Part shown: piece by piece, positions 63,289-64,000 of the stretch
Position numbering within the stretch: position 1 is the stretch's first letter
Layout: each line of letters starts with the position of its first letter
Notes under the pieces: generated by a model
Told to the model about the DNA's origin: nothing
The model's database searches: none
The model's input: the letters and a program-made list of their open reading frames with translations, nothing else
Position numbers and translations under genes: made by a program
From: an uncultured SAR86 cluster bacterium
GTDB taxonomy: Bacteria > Pseudomonadota > Gammaproteobacteria > Magnimaribacterales > AG-339-G14
Length of the DNA: 64,000 nt
Assembly (NCBI GenBank): GCA_949373255.1
Contig: CASICS010000009.1
Coordinates: 34,162 to 98,161, forward strand
Reading direction: 5' to 3'

Positions 63289-64000
63289 ATGAAAAAAAAT
63301 AAAATCTGGCAAGGTAATTGGACTTTTATAATGGCTGCAGCTGGCTCAGCAGTTGGCTTAGGTAACATCTGGAAATTTCCATATATGACCGGAACAAATG
63401 GCGGAGGCGCCTTTGTTTTAATTTATCTTCTATGTATCTTGCTTATAGGCCTCCCTGTAATGATGGCCGAAACTTATATTGGTAGATACGGAAGGAAAAG
63501 TCCGATTAATTCTTTAAATAAAATTACATCAGATTTTAACTTGAATAAAATATGGGTAATTCTAGGATGGCTTGGTGCAATTGCAGGTTTAATGATTCTC
63601 TCCTATTACAGCGTTTTTGCAGGTATTGCGGCGGCTTATATATTCAATTACATCCCAGCAACAGAAATTGATCCCGCTCAATATTCAATTAATTATTTTT
63701 CTAAATTCGTTAGCTCTCCTCAAAAAATGATTTTATGGCATTCACTTTTCATAATCGCTACCTGCATTGTTGTAGGGAAGGGGGTTATTGAAGGCATTGG
63801 AAAAACCATAAGTATTTTAATGCCGACTTTATTTTTTTTAGTAATAGCATTGTGTATTTATTCTTCACTTTCTGGAGACTTTTCAGAAGCTTTTAATTTT
63901 TTATTCAATCCAGATTTTTCTAAAATAAATGCTTCTGTTGTCATTAGTGCAATGGGTCAAGCTTTCTTTACACTGAGCATAGGAATGGGTGCCATCATGG
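63289..64000 (+). CDS. sodium-dependent transporter, NSS (SNF) family, 3'-truncated by window edge
   Basis: Open frame from the ATG at 63289 to the window end. Not in the track because there is no stop. W..F.MAAAGSAVGLGNIWKFPY..G.NGGGAF...Y......IGLP.MMAE is the NSS signature. Confidence 0.88.
   Translation, partial: MKKNKIWQGNWTFIMAAAGSAVGLGNIWKFPYMTGTNGGGAFVLIYLLCILLIGLPVMMAETYIGRYGRKSPINSLNKITSDFNLNKIWVILGWLGAIAGLMILSYYSVFAGIAAAYIFNYIPATEIDPAQYSINYFSKFVSSPQKMILWHSLFIIATCIVVGKGVIEGIGKTISILMPTLFFLVIALCIYSSLSGDFSEAFNFLFNPDFSKINASVVISAMGQAFFTLSIGMGAIM

Overview
This window is an AT-rich, very gene-dense bacterial chromosome segment made almost entirely of core housekeeping genes. No similarity search was possible. 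All calls rest on motifs and N-termini I recognise in the translations, on gene order, and on hand-folded RNAs.

Gene content and order suggest a streamlined gammaproteobacterium with Pseudomonas/Oceanospirillales-like synteny (inference). The supporting arrangements are fabA-fabB, divergent uvrA/ssb, rnr-rlmB, lpxC-secA-argJ, coaE-yacG, rplU-rpmA-obg-proB converging on rpsT, and smpB-ssrA.

Layout:
- 0-12.7 kb is the only accessory-looking part. It holds a sulfatase, three different membrane di-iron His-box oxygenases (CrtW-like, alkylglycerol-monooxygenase-like, AlkB-like), amtB, a CxxC thioredoxin-fold protein, a crotonase, tRNA-Ala, an ABC-F ATPase, a CMD-family protein and katG.
- 12.8-23.8 kb holds coaE, yacG, a ThiE-like orphan domain, argJ, secA, lpxC, rlmB, rnr, rraA, two small unknowns, tRNA-Thr and birA.
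- 23.8-53.7 kb holds tRNA-Tyr, tRNA-Thr, tuf, tRNA-Trp, secE, nusG, rplKAJL, rpoBC, rpsLG, fusA and a DedA/VTT membrane gene, followed by a fully fused S10-spc-alpha ribosomal cluster.
- 53.7-64 kb holds uvrA, ssb, fabB, fabA, rplU, rpmA, obg, proB, rpsT, a TetR regulator, tmRNA, smpB and a truncated Na+-dependent (NSS) transporter.

Two real short CDSs are missing from the ORF track (yacG and rpmJ). Several track starts are too long (rplV, rplU, secE, birA, crotonase).

I see no CRISPR array, transposase, integrase, phage genes, toxin-antitoxin pair or recognisable defence system, so I cannot support a claim of a novel multi-gene system here. The observations worth a second look concern extreme compaction and a few domain or enzyme peculiarities:
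- The tuf stop codon overlaps tRNA-Trp.
- Six convergent gene pairs share or overlap their stop codons.
- Classical r-protein operator leaders are lost, except a retained L10-leader-sized spacer.
- Several proteins have lost domains: SecA zinc finger, MutT Nudix part, BirA HTH, ProB PUA, RNase R tails.
- A membrane gene sits in the tufA slot.
- The 5' block carries the three di-iron oxygenases.
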